Positions 1 through 10,191 of a stretch of 64,000 nt of DNA are shown here, one piece after another. The stretch is from an uncultured Pseudomonadales bacterium (GTDB lineage Bacteria > Patescibacteriota > Microgenomatia > UBA1400 > PJMF01). The position numbers and the translations under genes were made by a program. The stretch covers positions 28,078-92,077 of the forward strand of contig CAYMSV010000002.1 in assembly GCA_964393205.1 (NCBI GenBank). The letters are read 5' to 3'. Below the pieces are notes generated by a model that saw nothing but the letters and a program-made list of their open reading frames with translations, was not told the DNA's origin and ran no database searches. Each line of letters opens with the position of its first letter. Position 1 is the first letter of the stretch.

Positions 1-281
1 ACCACACTATGTTCTGCCAAATTATGACCTTCTCCTGGAATATAAGCTGTCACTTCAACCTTATTTGACAAACGCACCCTTGCTACTTTTCGCAAAGCTG
101 AGTTAGGCTTTTTTGGCGTCATGGTTTTAACAACAGTACACACACCTCGTTTTTGAGGATTAGTTGTTTTAGTTGGACGGTTAGTGTTTGAATTGAAACT
201 GCGACGCAGTGCTGTAGCTTTAACACGTTTAGTTCTCTTCTTTCTTCCGCCTTTTCTGATTAGTTGATTAATGGTTGGCAT
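1..281 (-). CDS. rpsL: 30S ribosomal protein S12, partial (C-terminus beyond window start)
   Basis: Minus-strand translation from ATG at 279-281 gives [25 protein letters not shown]...VCTVV...[18 protein letters not shown], the classic S12 N-terminus. Not in the ORF track because it is truncated by the window edge. Confidence 0.85.
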   Translation of the reverse strand, partial: MPTINQLIRKGGRKKRTKRVKATALRRSFNSNTNRPTKTTNPQKRGVCTVVKTMTPKKPNSALRKVARVRLSNKVEVTAYIPGEGHNLAEHSV

Positions 282-350
282 AAATATTTTTATTTTCTAT
301 AACTTGAAGGGCAATTTTAACATAAGAGTTAAAGATTATCCAGATTGTTT

Positions 351-3300
351 CTAGTCTAATCGCGCCCTTTCTTCACTAGTAGGAATTAATCGTCCAATGA
401 TGACATTTTCTTTCAAACCCTTTAAGTAATCAATTGATCCCTCAGCAGCAGCATCGGTTAAAACATGCTTTGTATGTTGGAAAGAAGCCGCTGATAACCA
501 AGAGTCGGTAAACAAAGAAGAACGAGTGATGCCCAATAAAAGTACTCTTGCAGTGGCGGGGTCACCACCAGCTGCCATGGCATCTTCATTTGCATCAACA
601 AAACGACTGCGTTCCACTACTTCACCAACCAAGAAATCTGTGTCTCCTGGCATATCAATCTGCAATTTATCACCCATTTTTCTGGCTATAACCTCAAAAT
701 GCTTATCATTAATGGTAATACCTTGAGATTCATAAACTGCCTGAACTTGATCCACTATATATTGTTGGGTGGCCAATAATCCAGAAAGTTGCAATAATTC
801 TTGGATATTAATTCCACCAGCTGTCAAAGCTTGTCCTGTGGAAACCAATTCTTTATCTGATACTTTAAGAGTGACAGAATTGGAGAAGGTGTAACTTTCT
901 TCTTCCCCATTATCACCTTTGATGGTGACTTCTTGATCATTTTCTTTTTGCTTAATTCTAACTTTACCAGGAAAATGAGCAATAATTGCTTGAAGTTTTG
1001 GATTACGAGCTTCTAATAACTCTTCAACACGAGGTAAACCCTGAGTCACGTCTAAACCAACAATACCACCGGAGTGCTTAACCCGCATTGTCAATTGTGT
1101 ACCAGGCTCTCCAATTGATTGAGCTGCTAGTACTCCAACTGGAACACCAATTTTCACCACACTACGGTTAGAAAAATCCCAACCATAACATTTAGCACAT
1201 AAGCCATGTTTTGAACGACAAGTGAGGGCGGATTTTACCCAAACCGAATCAATAGCACTTTGATCTATTTTTTCAGCTAAATCTGGAGTGATTAATTCAC
1301 CGGCTTTCAATAAAATTTTATTTCCCTCTTTAACATCCTTGTTCACATATCGACCAATAATTCTAGCCATAAACACATCTTTTCTTGGCAACCTAACAAT
1401 CTCAATTCCCTCTTCGGTGCCACAATCTTCAGAACGAATAATGGCATCATGAGATACATCAACAAGTCGACGTGTCAAATAACCAGCATCAGCAGTTTTA
1501 ATAGCCGAGTCAGTTAAACCTTTTCTAGAACCACGAGCTGAAGTAACATATTCAAAAATACTTAAACCCTGCCTAAAATTAGACTTGGTAGGCATTTCTA
1601 CAATATTACCCAAAGGATCAACCACTAAACCACGCATTGCTGCTAATTGTTTTACTTGATCTTTAGAGGCACGAGTACCACCAGAATCAATAATGGTTTT
1701 AACACTATTGCTATCGTCATAAGTGGCCCAAGTTTTCTCTGCTAATTCTTCTGTAGTCTTAACCCAAACATCTAGTGATTGACGACGACGTTCTTCATCA
1801 GCAATTAGACCTTGCATATAATAGTCTTGAATTTTTTCTACTGCCTTGTTAGCCTTATCCACAATTTGATCTTTTTCTTCGATCATTCCACAATCACTTA
1901 CACCTACTGATAAACCAGATTTAGTAGCTGCTTTAAAACCCAGATCTTTGATATCATCAATCATGGTGGCTACAACAGATTCTGGTTCAGTTTCAATAGC
2001 TTTAGTCACAATTTTTTTGATTTTTTTAGAATCAACATTTTCATTGATAAAGCGTAAGCTCACAGGTAAGACGCTGTTAAATAATAGACGTCCAACAGTA
2101 GTTTCAACCAACTGAGTTTCGCCTTTAATCTTAAGTTTAACCTTGATCTTTTGACGAAGTGATAAACGACCTATTTGATAAAGATGATAAGCTTCATTCT
2201 TGCTACTTAAAATAGCAGGAAAATCTTCTAAATTATCATCAAAAGCAGTGTAATAATAAACACCCATGGCCATTTCTTTATTTGGTAAAGTAACTGGTTC
2301 ACCGTTTGCTGGTTTAAGCAAATTATGATCAGCCATCATTAACTCAATAGCTTCTTTTTGAGCTTCTTTGGTTAGGGGGACATGAACAGCCATTTGGTCG
2401 CCATCAAAGTCAGCATTGTAACCAGCACAGACACAAGGGTGAAGTGAAATTGCACTACCCTCAATCAAAACTGGGAAAAAGGCCTGAATACCAAGCTTAT
2501 GTAGCGTTGGAGCTCGGTTTAATAAAACCGGGTGATTTTCAATTACTTTTTCTAAAACTGCATAAACGTCTGCTTCTCGACGATCTACTAAGTGACGAGC
2601 ACTTTTTACATTTGGAGCAATACCTCGAACAATTAATTCTCGTAAAACGTAAGGTTTAAACATTTCTAATGCCATATCCTTAGGTAAACCACATTGATTA
2701 AGCTTTAATTCTGGACCAACAATAATTACACTACGTCCAGAGTAGTCAACTCTTTTGCCCAATAAATTTTGGCGGAAACGACCAGTTTTACCACGCAACA
2801 TCTCGGAGAGTGAGCGTAGTGGTCGACGGTTGGAACGACGGCGAGTTTGCTTGGCTTGAGAACTATCAATTAAAGAATCAACAGCCTCCTGCAACATACG
2901 TTTTTCATTACGTAAAATAATTTCTGGAGCACCCAAATTAATTAAGTGAGCCAAACGATTATTGCGGTTAATCACTCGACGATATAAGTCATTTAAATCA
3001 GAAGCAGCAAAACGGCCACCTGATAATTGAACCATTGGTCTTAGATCTGGAGGTAAAACAGGTAAAATAGATAAAAACATCCAGCTTGGACTAATTTCAG
3101 ATTTTTTTAAACCTTCAAAAACTCGTAAGCGTTTAATAATTTTAGTTTTTTTAGCCCCTTTGCTCTCAACCAAATCATCACGCAAAGAAACAATTTCTTT
3201 ATCAAGATCTATCTCTTTAACTAACTCTAAAATGGCTTCTGCTCCCATCCCCACTCTTAAGTGTGAGTTAGCATTATATTCATCGAGTTTTAAGTATTCA

Positions 3301-4070
3301 TCTTCTGTTAAAACTACTTTTTTCTTTATTTTTTTAACCATTTGTTTAATGGTTTTATAAATTTCTTCAGTTTGCTCAGTTTGTACCTCTAATTGTTGTT
3401 TAGCTGCCACAATTTTATTTTTAGTCTTCAAATCCAGCTCAGTTAATTTAAGTTGTAGAGTTTCCTTGCTTTTAACTTTATCTTTTAAAGCCTGAGTTTC
3501 ATTTTTAAAATCTTCCTTAATTTTTAAAATTGCTTGTTCAGTGCTATCTTTAAGCTCATCTATAGCTGCTACACTGTCAACTTCTAATTGTTGTAAAACA
3601 GCTTTCTTTTCCTCACTATCAACTCCCAAAACAATATACTGGGAAAAATACATAATAGAATTTAGATTACGAGGTGAAAGATTTAACAAAAGAGATAACT
3701 TTGAAGGAGCTCCCTTAAAGAACCAAATATGAGCAACAGGAGCGGCCAATTGAATGTGCCCCATTCTTTCACGACGCACTCTTGATTCAGTTACTTCTAC
3801 ACCACACTTGTCACAAATAATTCCTTTGTAACGGATGCGTTTGTATTTACCACAATGACACTCATAATCTTTAACTGGTCCAAAGATTTTCTCATCAAAT
3901 AAGCCATCTTTTTCTGGTTTAAGTGATCGATAATTAATGGTTTCTGGCTTTTTGACTTCACCATAAGACCAATCTTTAATTTCTTCAGAGGAAGCAATTT
4001 TAATTTGCAGAGCACTAAAATCAATAATGTCTTTAGTTTTTTTGACAGGCTGGTTAAAAAATTTTGGCAT
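351..4070 (-). CDS. rpoC: DNA-directed RNA polymerase subunit beta'
   Basis: 1239 aa with Zn-finger CHCGKY...[22 protein letters not shown] catalytic motif, and conserved C-terminal trigger loop/jaw segments. Lies immediately downstream of rpoB. Confidence 0.95.
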   Translation of the reverse strand: MPKFFNQPVKKTKDIIDFSALQIKIASSEEIKDWSYGEVKKPETINYRSLKPEKDGLFDEKIFGPVKDYECHCGKYKRIRYKGIICDKCGVEVTESRVRRERMGHIQLAAPVAHIWFFKGAPSKLSLLLNLSPRNLNSIMYFSQYIVLGVDSEEKKAVLQQLEVDSVAAIDELKDSTEQAILKIKEDFKNETQALKDKVKSKETLQLKLTELDLKTKNKIVAAKQQLEVQTEQTEEIYKTIKQMVKKIKKKVVLTEDEYLKLDEYNANSHLRVGMGAEAILELVKEIDLDKEIVSLRDDLVESKGAKKTKIIKRLRVFEGLKKSEISPSWMFLSILPVLPPDLRPMVQLSGGRFAASDLNDLYRRVINRNNRLAHLINLGAPEIILRNEKRMLQEAVDSLIDSSQAKQTRRRSNRRPLRSLSEMLRGKTGRFRQNLLGKRVDYSGRSVIIVGPELKLNQCGLPKDMALEMFKPYVLRELIVRGIAPNVKSARHLVDRREADVYAVLEKVIENHPVLLNRAPTLHKLGIQAFFPVLIEGSAISLHPCVCAGYNADFDGDQMAVHVPLTKEAQKEAIELMMADHNLLKPANGEPVTLPNKEMAMGVYYYTAFDDNLEDFPAILSSKNEAYHLYQIGRLSLRQKIKVKLKIKGETQLVETTVGRLLFNSVLPVSLRFINENVDSKKIKKIVTKAIETEPESVVATMIDDIKDLGFKAATKSGLSVGVSDCGMIEEKDQIVDKANKAVEKIQDYYMQGLIADEERRRQSLDVWVKTTEELAEKTWATYDDSNSVKTIIDSGGTRASKDQVKQLAAMRGLVVDPLGNIVEMPTKSNFRQGLSIFEYVTSARGSRKGLTDSAIKTADAGYLTRRLVDVSHDAIIRSEDCGTEEGIEIVRLPRKDVFMARIIGRYVNKDVKEGNKILLKAGELITPDLAEKIDQSAIDSVWVKSALTCRSKHGLCAKCYGWDFSNRSVVKIGVPVGVLAAQSIGEPGTQLTMRVKHSGGIVGLDVTQGLPRVEELLEARNPKLQAIIAHFPGKVRIKQKENDQEVTIKGDNGEEESYTFSNSVTLKVSDKELVSTGQALTAGGINIQELLQLSGLLATQQYIVDQVQAVYESQGITINDKHFEVIARKMGDKLQIDMPGDTDFLVGEVVERSRFVDANEDAMAAGGDPATARVLLLGITRSSLFTDSWLSAASFQHTKHVLTDAAAEGSIDYLKGLKENVIIGRLIPTSEERARLD

Positions 4071-4107
4071 AAGTTTTTCTGATTATTCTTACTAAGAAAT
4101 TTAGTTT

Positions 4108-7100
4108 TTAATCTTCGTCCTTTCCTTCTTCTTCAATTGTTGCTTCATCCTCTTCTGCTAGATCATCTTCTTCATCTTCGTCTGCTTGATCTATGTTTTC
4201 TTCATCTGGTTCCTCATCACCAATCTCATCTTCTTCTTTATCAGCTGTTTTTTCAGAATCTAGGTCTTCTAAGATTAATAACTCTTCCTGATCTTTTTCA
4301 GCAGTTGGTTCTTCATCGCTAAGTACTACTTCTTCGAGTGGATCAATATTTAATGCTAAAGAATTTAATTCTTTACATAAAACCTTAAATGATTCTGGAA
4401 CTGTAGGAGCTGGAATTTCTTCACCTTTAACAATAGCTTCGAAAGCTTTAGCTCTCCCTCGTACATCATCTGACTTAATGGTCAACATTTCTTGCAAGAC
4501 ATAAGCAGCTCGATGTGCTTCTAGTGCCCAAACTTCCATTTCACCCATTCTTTGACCACCCATTTGAGCTTTACCTCCTAATGGCTGTTGCGTCACTAGT
4601 GAATAAGGACCAGTTGAACGAGCATGAGTTTTATCCTCAACCATGTGACTAAGTTTCAAAATGTAGTTAATTCCAACTACCGATTTTTCATGGTAAGGTT
4701 CACCAGTTAAACCGTCATAAAGCTGAGCTTTACCAGATACAGGTAAACCCGCTTTTTCTAATTCTTGCCAAATTTTATCTTCATCAAATACCTCAAAAGC
4801 TGGTGTAGCTACACTGTAACCCAATTTGTCTGCAGCCCAGCCTAAATGAGCTTCTAACAATTGACCAAGATTCATACGAGCCAAAACTGATAAAGGAGAA
4901 ACAATAATGTCTACTGGAGTTCCATCTTCTAAATGAGGCATATCAGCCTGTGGCACTATTTTAGAAATTACACCTTTATTACCATGACGACCAGCCAATT
5001 TATCTCCTACCACAATCTTTCGTAACTGAGCAACCTTCACTATCACTTCCTTAATTGTGCCTGGATCTAATTCATCACCTAAGTCACGATCTAAAATTTG
5101 CACATCAATTACCGTTCCTTCATCACCATGAGGCATACGTAGTGAAGTATCTCTAATTTCTTTAGATTTTTCACCAAAAATAGCTCTTAATAAACGCTCC
5201 TCAGGAGAAAGTTCTGTTTCACCTTTAGGAGCAACTTTACCAACCAAGATGTCTCCAGATTTAACGTGACTACCAACCTGGATAATTCCATCAATGTTTA
5301 AATTAGCCAAAAAGGTTTCGCTCACGTTTGGAATATCGTTGGTCAATTCTTCAGGACCCAAACGAGTATCCATAACTTTTGCTTTATGTTCACTAATTTG
5401 AATCGAACTCAAAGTATCTTCTTTTACTAATCGATCAGAAATGACAATAGCGTCCTCGTAACCCAAACCATTATATAAAGTATAAGCTATTAAAAGATTT
5501 GTACCCAAAGCCAGCTCTCCTTTATCAGTGGCTGGACCATCAATTAGTACATCACCTTTTTTCAGTTTATCTCCAACTTTAACCTCTGGAGTCTGATTGT
5601 AACAAGTGCTTTGAGCAGTACGAGCAAATTTATTTAAGGTATAAACAAGAGTACCTTGCTGATAACTAATGTGCTCATTTTTGTTTGTTTCTACCCAATT
5701 TTTTGCCTTATCATAGTGCTTGGGATCAATTTTTAAAATTATTTGACTAGCGTCAACACTCTGAACTTCCCCAGGAAATTCTGCTAATACTGTCCAACCC
5801 ATAGCTGAAGCTATTTCTTTTTCCATACCTGTGCCAATCACTGGGGCCTGAGTTTTAAGCAAAGGAACCGCCTGACACTGCATGTGAGAACCCATTAAAG
5901 CTCGATTAGCTTCATCATGAGCAATAAAAGGAATAAGTGAAGCACTGCTGCCCACCACTTGACGAGGTACCACATCAATATACTCAACTTTTTTCACCGA
6001 ACCTTCAATAAATTCATTGGCATGACGCATTGCTACCCAATCCTGAGTAATATATCCTTTGTCATCAATTTCCACGCCAGCATGAGTAATATGATAATCT
6101 TCTTCTTCATCAGCACTGAGATAAACAATTTCATCAGTAACTTTCATTTTTCCTCTAAAATCAATTACCTTGAGGTAAGGAGCTTCCAAAAATCCATATT
6201 TATTAACCCTGGTGTAAAGTGCTAAATAAGTAACCAAACCAATATTTGGTCCTTCTGGAGAACGAATTGGACAAATTCTAGAATATTGAGAAGCATTAAT
6301 ATCACGCATAGAAAATGATGCACGATCACGAGTAACTCCCCCTGTTCCCATCACTGATAAACGACGTAAATTGTCAATTTCTGATAGAGGATTTGTTTGA
6401 TCTAAAATAGTTGATAAACGATTACGACGGAAGAACTCAGCAATCGAAGCAATCAAAGGTCGAGCATTTACTAAAGCTGAAGGAGTTAAAACTTCATCGG
6501 TTTTAGTCAAAGACATTTTTTCACGAATTGAACGCTCTAAACGAATTAAGCCAATACGAAAAGCGCTAATTAAAACTAGCTCTCCAACTTGGCGCACTCG
6601 ACGATTTGATAAATGATCAATGCCGTCAACTTTTCCTTCTCCATTTTGTAACTTTATCAAATATTTGATGCTGGCTAAAACATCATCTTTGGCTAAAACT
6701 GTCAACTTCTCATCTAAGCTAATGCCTAAACGACGATTCATTTTATAACGACCAACCTCACCCAAGTCATAGCGACGTGGATTAAAAAACATATTTTTCA
6801 AAAATTCGCGAGCAGTTTCTAGCACTGCCGGTTCACCGGGTCGCATTTTTTCATAAAGTTCAATCAAAGCTTCCGCTTGATTGGTGGTTGAGTCTTTTCT
6901 TAAAGTATTATTAATGAGATCTAATTTGTCTTTTTCTAAGACCTCACCTAAAGCGTTGGCTATATCCTCATTAGTTTCCCAACCCAGAGCTCTCAATAGC
7001 ACGGTAGCTGGCATTTTGCGTCGACGGTCAATTTTAATTGTTAAAATATGGCGACGACTAACATTAATCTCTAGCCAAGAACCACGCATAGGTCGCAGTT

Positions 7101-7575
7101 CTGCTTTATAAAGTAATTCCTTAGAACTCTGATCTTCTTCTCCTGAAAAAAATACTCCTGGTGAACGCACTAATTGTGTAACAATGCCTCGCTCTATACC
7201 ATTAATAACAAAAGTTCCAGTATTGGTCATCGCTGGAATATCACCTAAAAATACTTCTTGAGTTCTTTCTTCACCAGTCTTTTTGTTTAAAAGTGTTGCT
7301 TCAACATAGAGTGGTTGATCATAAGAAACACTTTTGGTTTTAGCTTCAGTAGGAGTATATTTAGCTTGACCAAAACGATATTGACCAAATTTTAAAGACC
7401 AGTTTTTACCGGTAAAATCTTCAATGCCTTTGTCAGAATTAATTTCTTTCAATGATTCTTTAATACCATTATTCAAAAAATCTTGATAGCTATTGATTTG
7501 TAATTCAATTAAATCCAGTTTGGGTAAAACCTGATGATTTTGCCCCCAGTTCTGACGATTCATTGTTTGTGGCAT
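4108..7575 (-). CDS. rpoB: DNA-directed RNA polymerase subunit beta, with a very acidic C-terminal tail
   Basis: 1155 aa with rifampicin-cluster and catalytic regions recognisable (e.g. GGQRMGEMEVWALEAHRAAYVLQEMLT near the C-terminus). The last ~75 residues are almost entirely D/E. Confidence 0.95.
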   Translation of the reverse strand: MPQTMNRQNWGQNHQVLPKLDLIELQINSYQDFLNNGIKESLKEINSDKGIEDFTGKNWSLKFGQYRFGQAKYTPTEAKTKSVSYDQPLYVEATLLNKKTGEERTQEVFLGDIPAMTNTGTFVINGIERGIVTQLVRSPGVFFSGEEDQSSKELLYKAELRPMRGSWLEINVSRRHILTIKIDRRRKMPATVLLRALGWETNEDIANALGEVLEKDKLDLINNTLRKDSTTNQAEALIELYEKMRPGEPAVLETAREFLKNMFFNPRRYDLGEVGRYKMNRRLGISLDEKLTVLAKDDVLASIKYLIKLQNGEGKVDGIDHLSNRRVRQVGELVLISAFRIGLIRLERSIREKMSLTKTDEVLTPSALVNARPLIASIAEFFRRNRLSTILDQTNPLSEIDNLRRLSVMGTGGVTRDRASFSMRDINASQYSRICPIRSPEGPNIGLVTYLALYTRVNKYGFLEAPYLKVIDFRGKMKVTDEIVYLSADEEEDYHITHAGVEIDDKGYITQDWVAMRHANEFIEGSVKKVEYIDVVPRQVVGSSASLIPFIAHDEANRALMGSHMQCQAVPLLKTQAPVIGTGMEKEIASAMGWTVLAEFPGEVQSVDASQIILKIDPKHYDKAKNWVETNKNEHISYQQGTLVYTLNKFARTAQSTCYNQTPEVKVGDKLKKGDVLIDGPATDKGELALGTNLLIAYTLYNGLGYEDAIVISDRLVKEDTLSSIQISEHKAKVMDTRLGPEELTNDIPNVSETFLANLNIDGIIQVGSHVKSGDILVGKVAPKGETELSPEERLLRAIFGEKSKEIRDTSLRMPHGDEGTVIDVQILDRDLGDELDPGTIKEVIVKVAQLRKIVVGDKLAGRHGNKGVISKIVPQADMPHLEDGTPVDIIVSPLSVLARMNLGQLLEAHLGWAADKLGYSVATPAFEVFDEDKIWQELEKAGLPVSGKAQLYDGLTGEPYHEKSVVGINYILKLSHMVEDKTHARSTGPYSLVTQQPLGGKAQMGGQRMGEMEVWALEAHRAAYVLQEMLTIKSDDVRGRAKAFEAIVKGEEIPAPTVPESFKVLCKELNSLALNIDPLEEVVLSDEEPTAEKDQEELLILEDLDSEKTADKEEDEIGDEEPDEENIDQADEDEEDDLAEEDEATIEEEGKDED

Positions 7576-7807
7576 GAAGATCCTTGCTAATTTTTTTATT
7601 TATTTAATTAATTTTTATTCAGATGTGTTAATTTAAGAGCAATAGTAAAAAACACAGCCAAGATTCTGATTACTTGCTGTGGTGAATTTAATTAGTTTTT
7701 TTGTTGTGTTCTTAGAACAAAGTTCACAAATTAATTCTGCTACTTGCTATTGTTTCGGGCTAAAAGTCTCTTTTTAGACAATCGCACATTGTAACAGTAA
7801 ATCAAGA

Positions 7808-8803
7808 TCAACGCAAGTATTGATTTACATTAGCATTATGAACTTCAAGAGTGTTAGCTGTATGGATCTTCCCAGATAAGTCATGAATGTAATAAAAGGC
7901 GCTGGTTGACTGAGGATTAAGCACAGCTCTAATTGCACTTAGACCAGGGTTACAAATTGGCGAAGGAGGTAAACCAACTTCCTGATAAGTATTAAAAGGA
8001 GAATCTAGGTTTTTGTCCACTGCCAAAGGAGTTGGCCACCAAGTTTGTTCAGCCGCGCTATAGCCCCTTATATATTGCAGAGTTGCATCAACCTGCAAAG
8101 GCATGCCAATATCTAAACGATTGAATAAAATACCAGCTATTAAAGGCATTTCAGCCTCACTAGCACTTTCCCTTTGCACCAATGACGCGAGAGTTAGTAC
8201 TTGCTTTAAACTTAATTCTTCATCTTCTAAATCATCCTCCAAAGCTAAAACAATTTTACTTTCAAAGGTATTTTGTAAAAGATTAAGCAAGGCTTGAGTA
8301 TCAATACTCTTTGATACTAGATAAGTATCTGGAAACAGTTGTCCCTCTAAACCACTACTTAGCTCTAAAAAAACTTGCTCATCAAAAGCATTTAAATCTT
8401 GCTTAGAAAGACTAGCTGCTATTTCCTCGCGCCGCCAACCCTCTGGTAAAGTAATCCATAAATCATCAGTCCCTCTGGTTAAAGCTTGTGCTAATTCCCA
8501 AACTGATAAACTAGGTGATAGCTTGAATGAACCAGCCTGAATTTTGCTTTGTAAGCCTCTTTGATAAACTATTACCCTAAAAGCTAAACTAGAACGGATC
8601 AAACCTGCTTGACGAAGCCGCTGAGCAATTTGTTGGGTTGATTGTCCCTTAGGAATAACAAATGTAACAGTCATTTGATTACTAGTATCTACTGGCCTCA
8701 ATAAAGAAATAGCGATTATAACAATTGAAATAAAAGCGATTAAAACAGGCAATAGAACTAGACTGAGAACTTTGGTTTTTTTGGGAGATTGAGAACTTGG
8801 CAT
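7808..8803 (-). CDS. mltG: Endolytic murein transglycosylase MltG (YceG-like)
   Basis: N-terminal TM helix, then a YceG-like domain. Typical alaS-ruvX-mltG neighbourhood. Confidence 0.7.
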   Translation of the reverse strand: MPSSQSPKKTKVLSLVLLPVLIAFISIVIIAISLLRPVDTSNQMTVTFVIPKGQSTQQIAQRLRQAGLIRSSLAFRVIVYQRGLQSKIQAGSFKLSPSLSVWELAQALTRGTDDLWITLPEGWRREEIAASLSKQDLNAFDEQVFLELSSGLEGQLFPDTYLVSKSIDTQALLNLLQNTFESKIVLALEDDLEDEELSLKQVLTLASLVQRESASEAEMPLIAGILFNRLDIGMPLQVDATLQYIRGYSAAEQTWWPTPLAVDKNLDSPFNTYQEVGLPPSPICNPGLSAIRAVLNPQSTSAFYYIHDLSGKIHTANTLEVHNANVNQYLR

Positions 8804-8816
8804 GGAGAAACCTAGT

Positions 8817-9218
8817 CTAGCATAAATCTAAGTAGTTTTCGAGAATAAGTGCAGCAGCATAGTGATCAATAGCTTGACGTCTAATTTTCTTTGGTAATTC
8901 TCTAAGTCTCTGCTCAACTTCATAAGAAGAGAGTGTTTCGTCTATCATAATAATTTCCAAATCTAACAGAGATTTTAAATGATTAAAAAATTCAATTGTT
9001 TTTTTTGCCATTTTAGATTCAGAAACTCCAATGACAATTTTTTCTACTTTCTCTTCTTGAATAATTGCTTGAATTTCCTTTAAAGCTTGAGGTCCAATAG
9101 GCAAATCATTATCAATTAAATCATTTTTTACCACTTTTAGTGGTTCAGCTAAACCAACAAAAGAAATAGCTAGACCAATTCTTGCTAAACCATAATCAAT
9201 TGCTAAAACTATTGGCAT
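8817..9218 (-). CDS. ruvX: Putative pre-16S rRNA nuclease / Holliday-junction resolvase-like RuvX (YqgF)
   Basis: N-terminus MPIVLAIDYGLARIGLAIS matches the YqgF/RuvX RNase H-like motif. 133 aa. Confidence 0.8.
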   Translation of the reverse strand: MPIVLAIDYGLARIGLAISFVGLAEPLKVVKNDLIDNDLPIGPQALKEIQAIIQEEKVEKIVIGVSESKMAKKTIEFFNHLKSLLDLEIIMIDETLSSYEVEQRLRELPKKIRRQAIDHYAAALILENYLDLC

Positions 9219-9233
9219 TTCTAGTAGATTATA

Positions 9234-10190
9234 CTAGTCTTTTACTAATTGTGCTGTAATTATACCGCGGCGTAAAGTTGTACCCTCTGGGGTACAGGTA
9301 ACCAACTTTAACTGACGTACATCATATCGTTGAGCTAAAATAAAGGTATCGTCTGGTTTAACCTCTGTCTTGCTCTGCACAATATAAGTATATTTAACAT
9401 TGTCATGGGTTAAATATATTTTTTCCCCTCTTTCAAGCAACATTATCTTGCTAAAAATGGAAGCATAACGACGAGGATTATTTTCACTAGGATTATAAAA
9501 CTGGCGCAACACTGAGTGACCAAAAAGAACTGGTGCACCTAATTGCCCAGGTAAAGCAGTGCCGGGATAGTGAATTAAGCTTTGATTAAGATCTGTACCA
9601 CCCACTCTTACTTTAGCATTAATCACATTTAAACTAGGAATATCTAAAGTGTATTCAACGAATTGACTTTTATTTAACTCTGGTACTTCAAGATCACTGC
9701 TAAACCAATTACTTAAATCGGTGAAATCAAGTGCTTGATCTAAAATAACTGGGCCAAGATTAGCATTGTTATTTTCTTGCTCATCTTCAAAATCAACTCG
9801 TGCTTGAGCAGAAATAAGAGGTGTACTTAATAAGAGCTGGGAATGTGGAATTGGCGACAACAAAGCTAATTCTTCTTGTTTTTTCCAAGGCAAATAATAA
9901 TCTATTAATGGCCAAAGTGCAGATAAAGCCAAAATTAAACCAGTAACTATCAAGGCCAAAGGCAATAGAGTTGCTCCAACCCGAATTTTTTTTGGTAAGC
10001 GCTGCCAAAAACTTAATTTAATTTGTTTGTCTAAAACTTGCTCCTCTTTACGACTAACGGCATCCTGTCTTAAAAAATAATTAATTTTTTTATTTAAATC
10101 TTGGATCGCTACTCCATCTTTTAAAGCTTGGCGATAAAGCTTTAATAACTGTTTTTTTTGTAGAGTTGATTGAGAATTTTTCTTAGCCAT
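9234..10190 (-). CDS. Sortase-family transpeptidase (membrane-anchored)
   Basis: C-terminal catalytic triad signatures: GH in VLFGHSVL, Cys in KLVTCTP (TLxTC motif), then Arg (TLRRG). N-terminal TM segment LLPLALIVTGLILALSALW. Confidence 0.7.
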   Translation of the reverse strand: MAKKNSQSTLQKKQLLKLYRQALKDGVAIQDLNKKINYFLRQDAVSRKEEQVLDKQIKLSFWQRLPKKIRVGATLLPLALIVTGLILALSALWPLIDYYLPWKKQEELALLSPIPHSQLLLSTPLISAQARVDFEDEQENNNANLGPVILDQALDFTDLSNWFSSDLEVPELNKSQFVEYTLDIPSLNVINAKVRVGGTDLNQSLIHYPGTALPGQLGAPVLFGHSVLRQFYNPSENNPRRYASIFSKIMLLERGEKIYLTHDNVKYTYIVQSKTEVKPDDTFILAQRYDVRQLKLVTCTPEGTTLRRGIITAQLVKD

Positions 10191-10191
10191 A

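Noticed and set aside
526-7111. Several 60-90-aa plus-strand ORFs inside rpoC/rpoB (e.g. 526..726, 2444..2659, 3160..3360, 3541..3732, 5959..6225, 6881..7111)
   Set aside because: They are antisense to, and fully contained in, well-supported long conserved genes. They have low-complexity composition and no motifs, and are most likely spurious.
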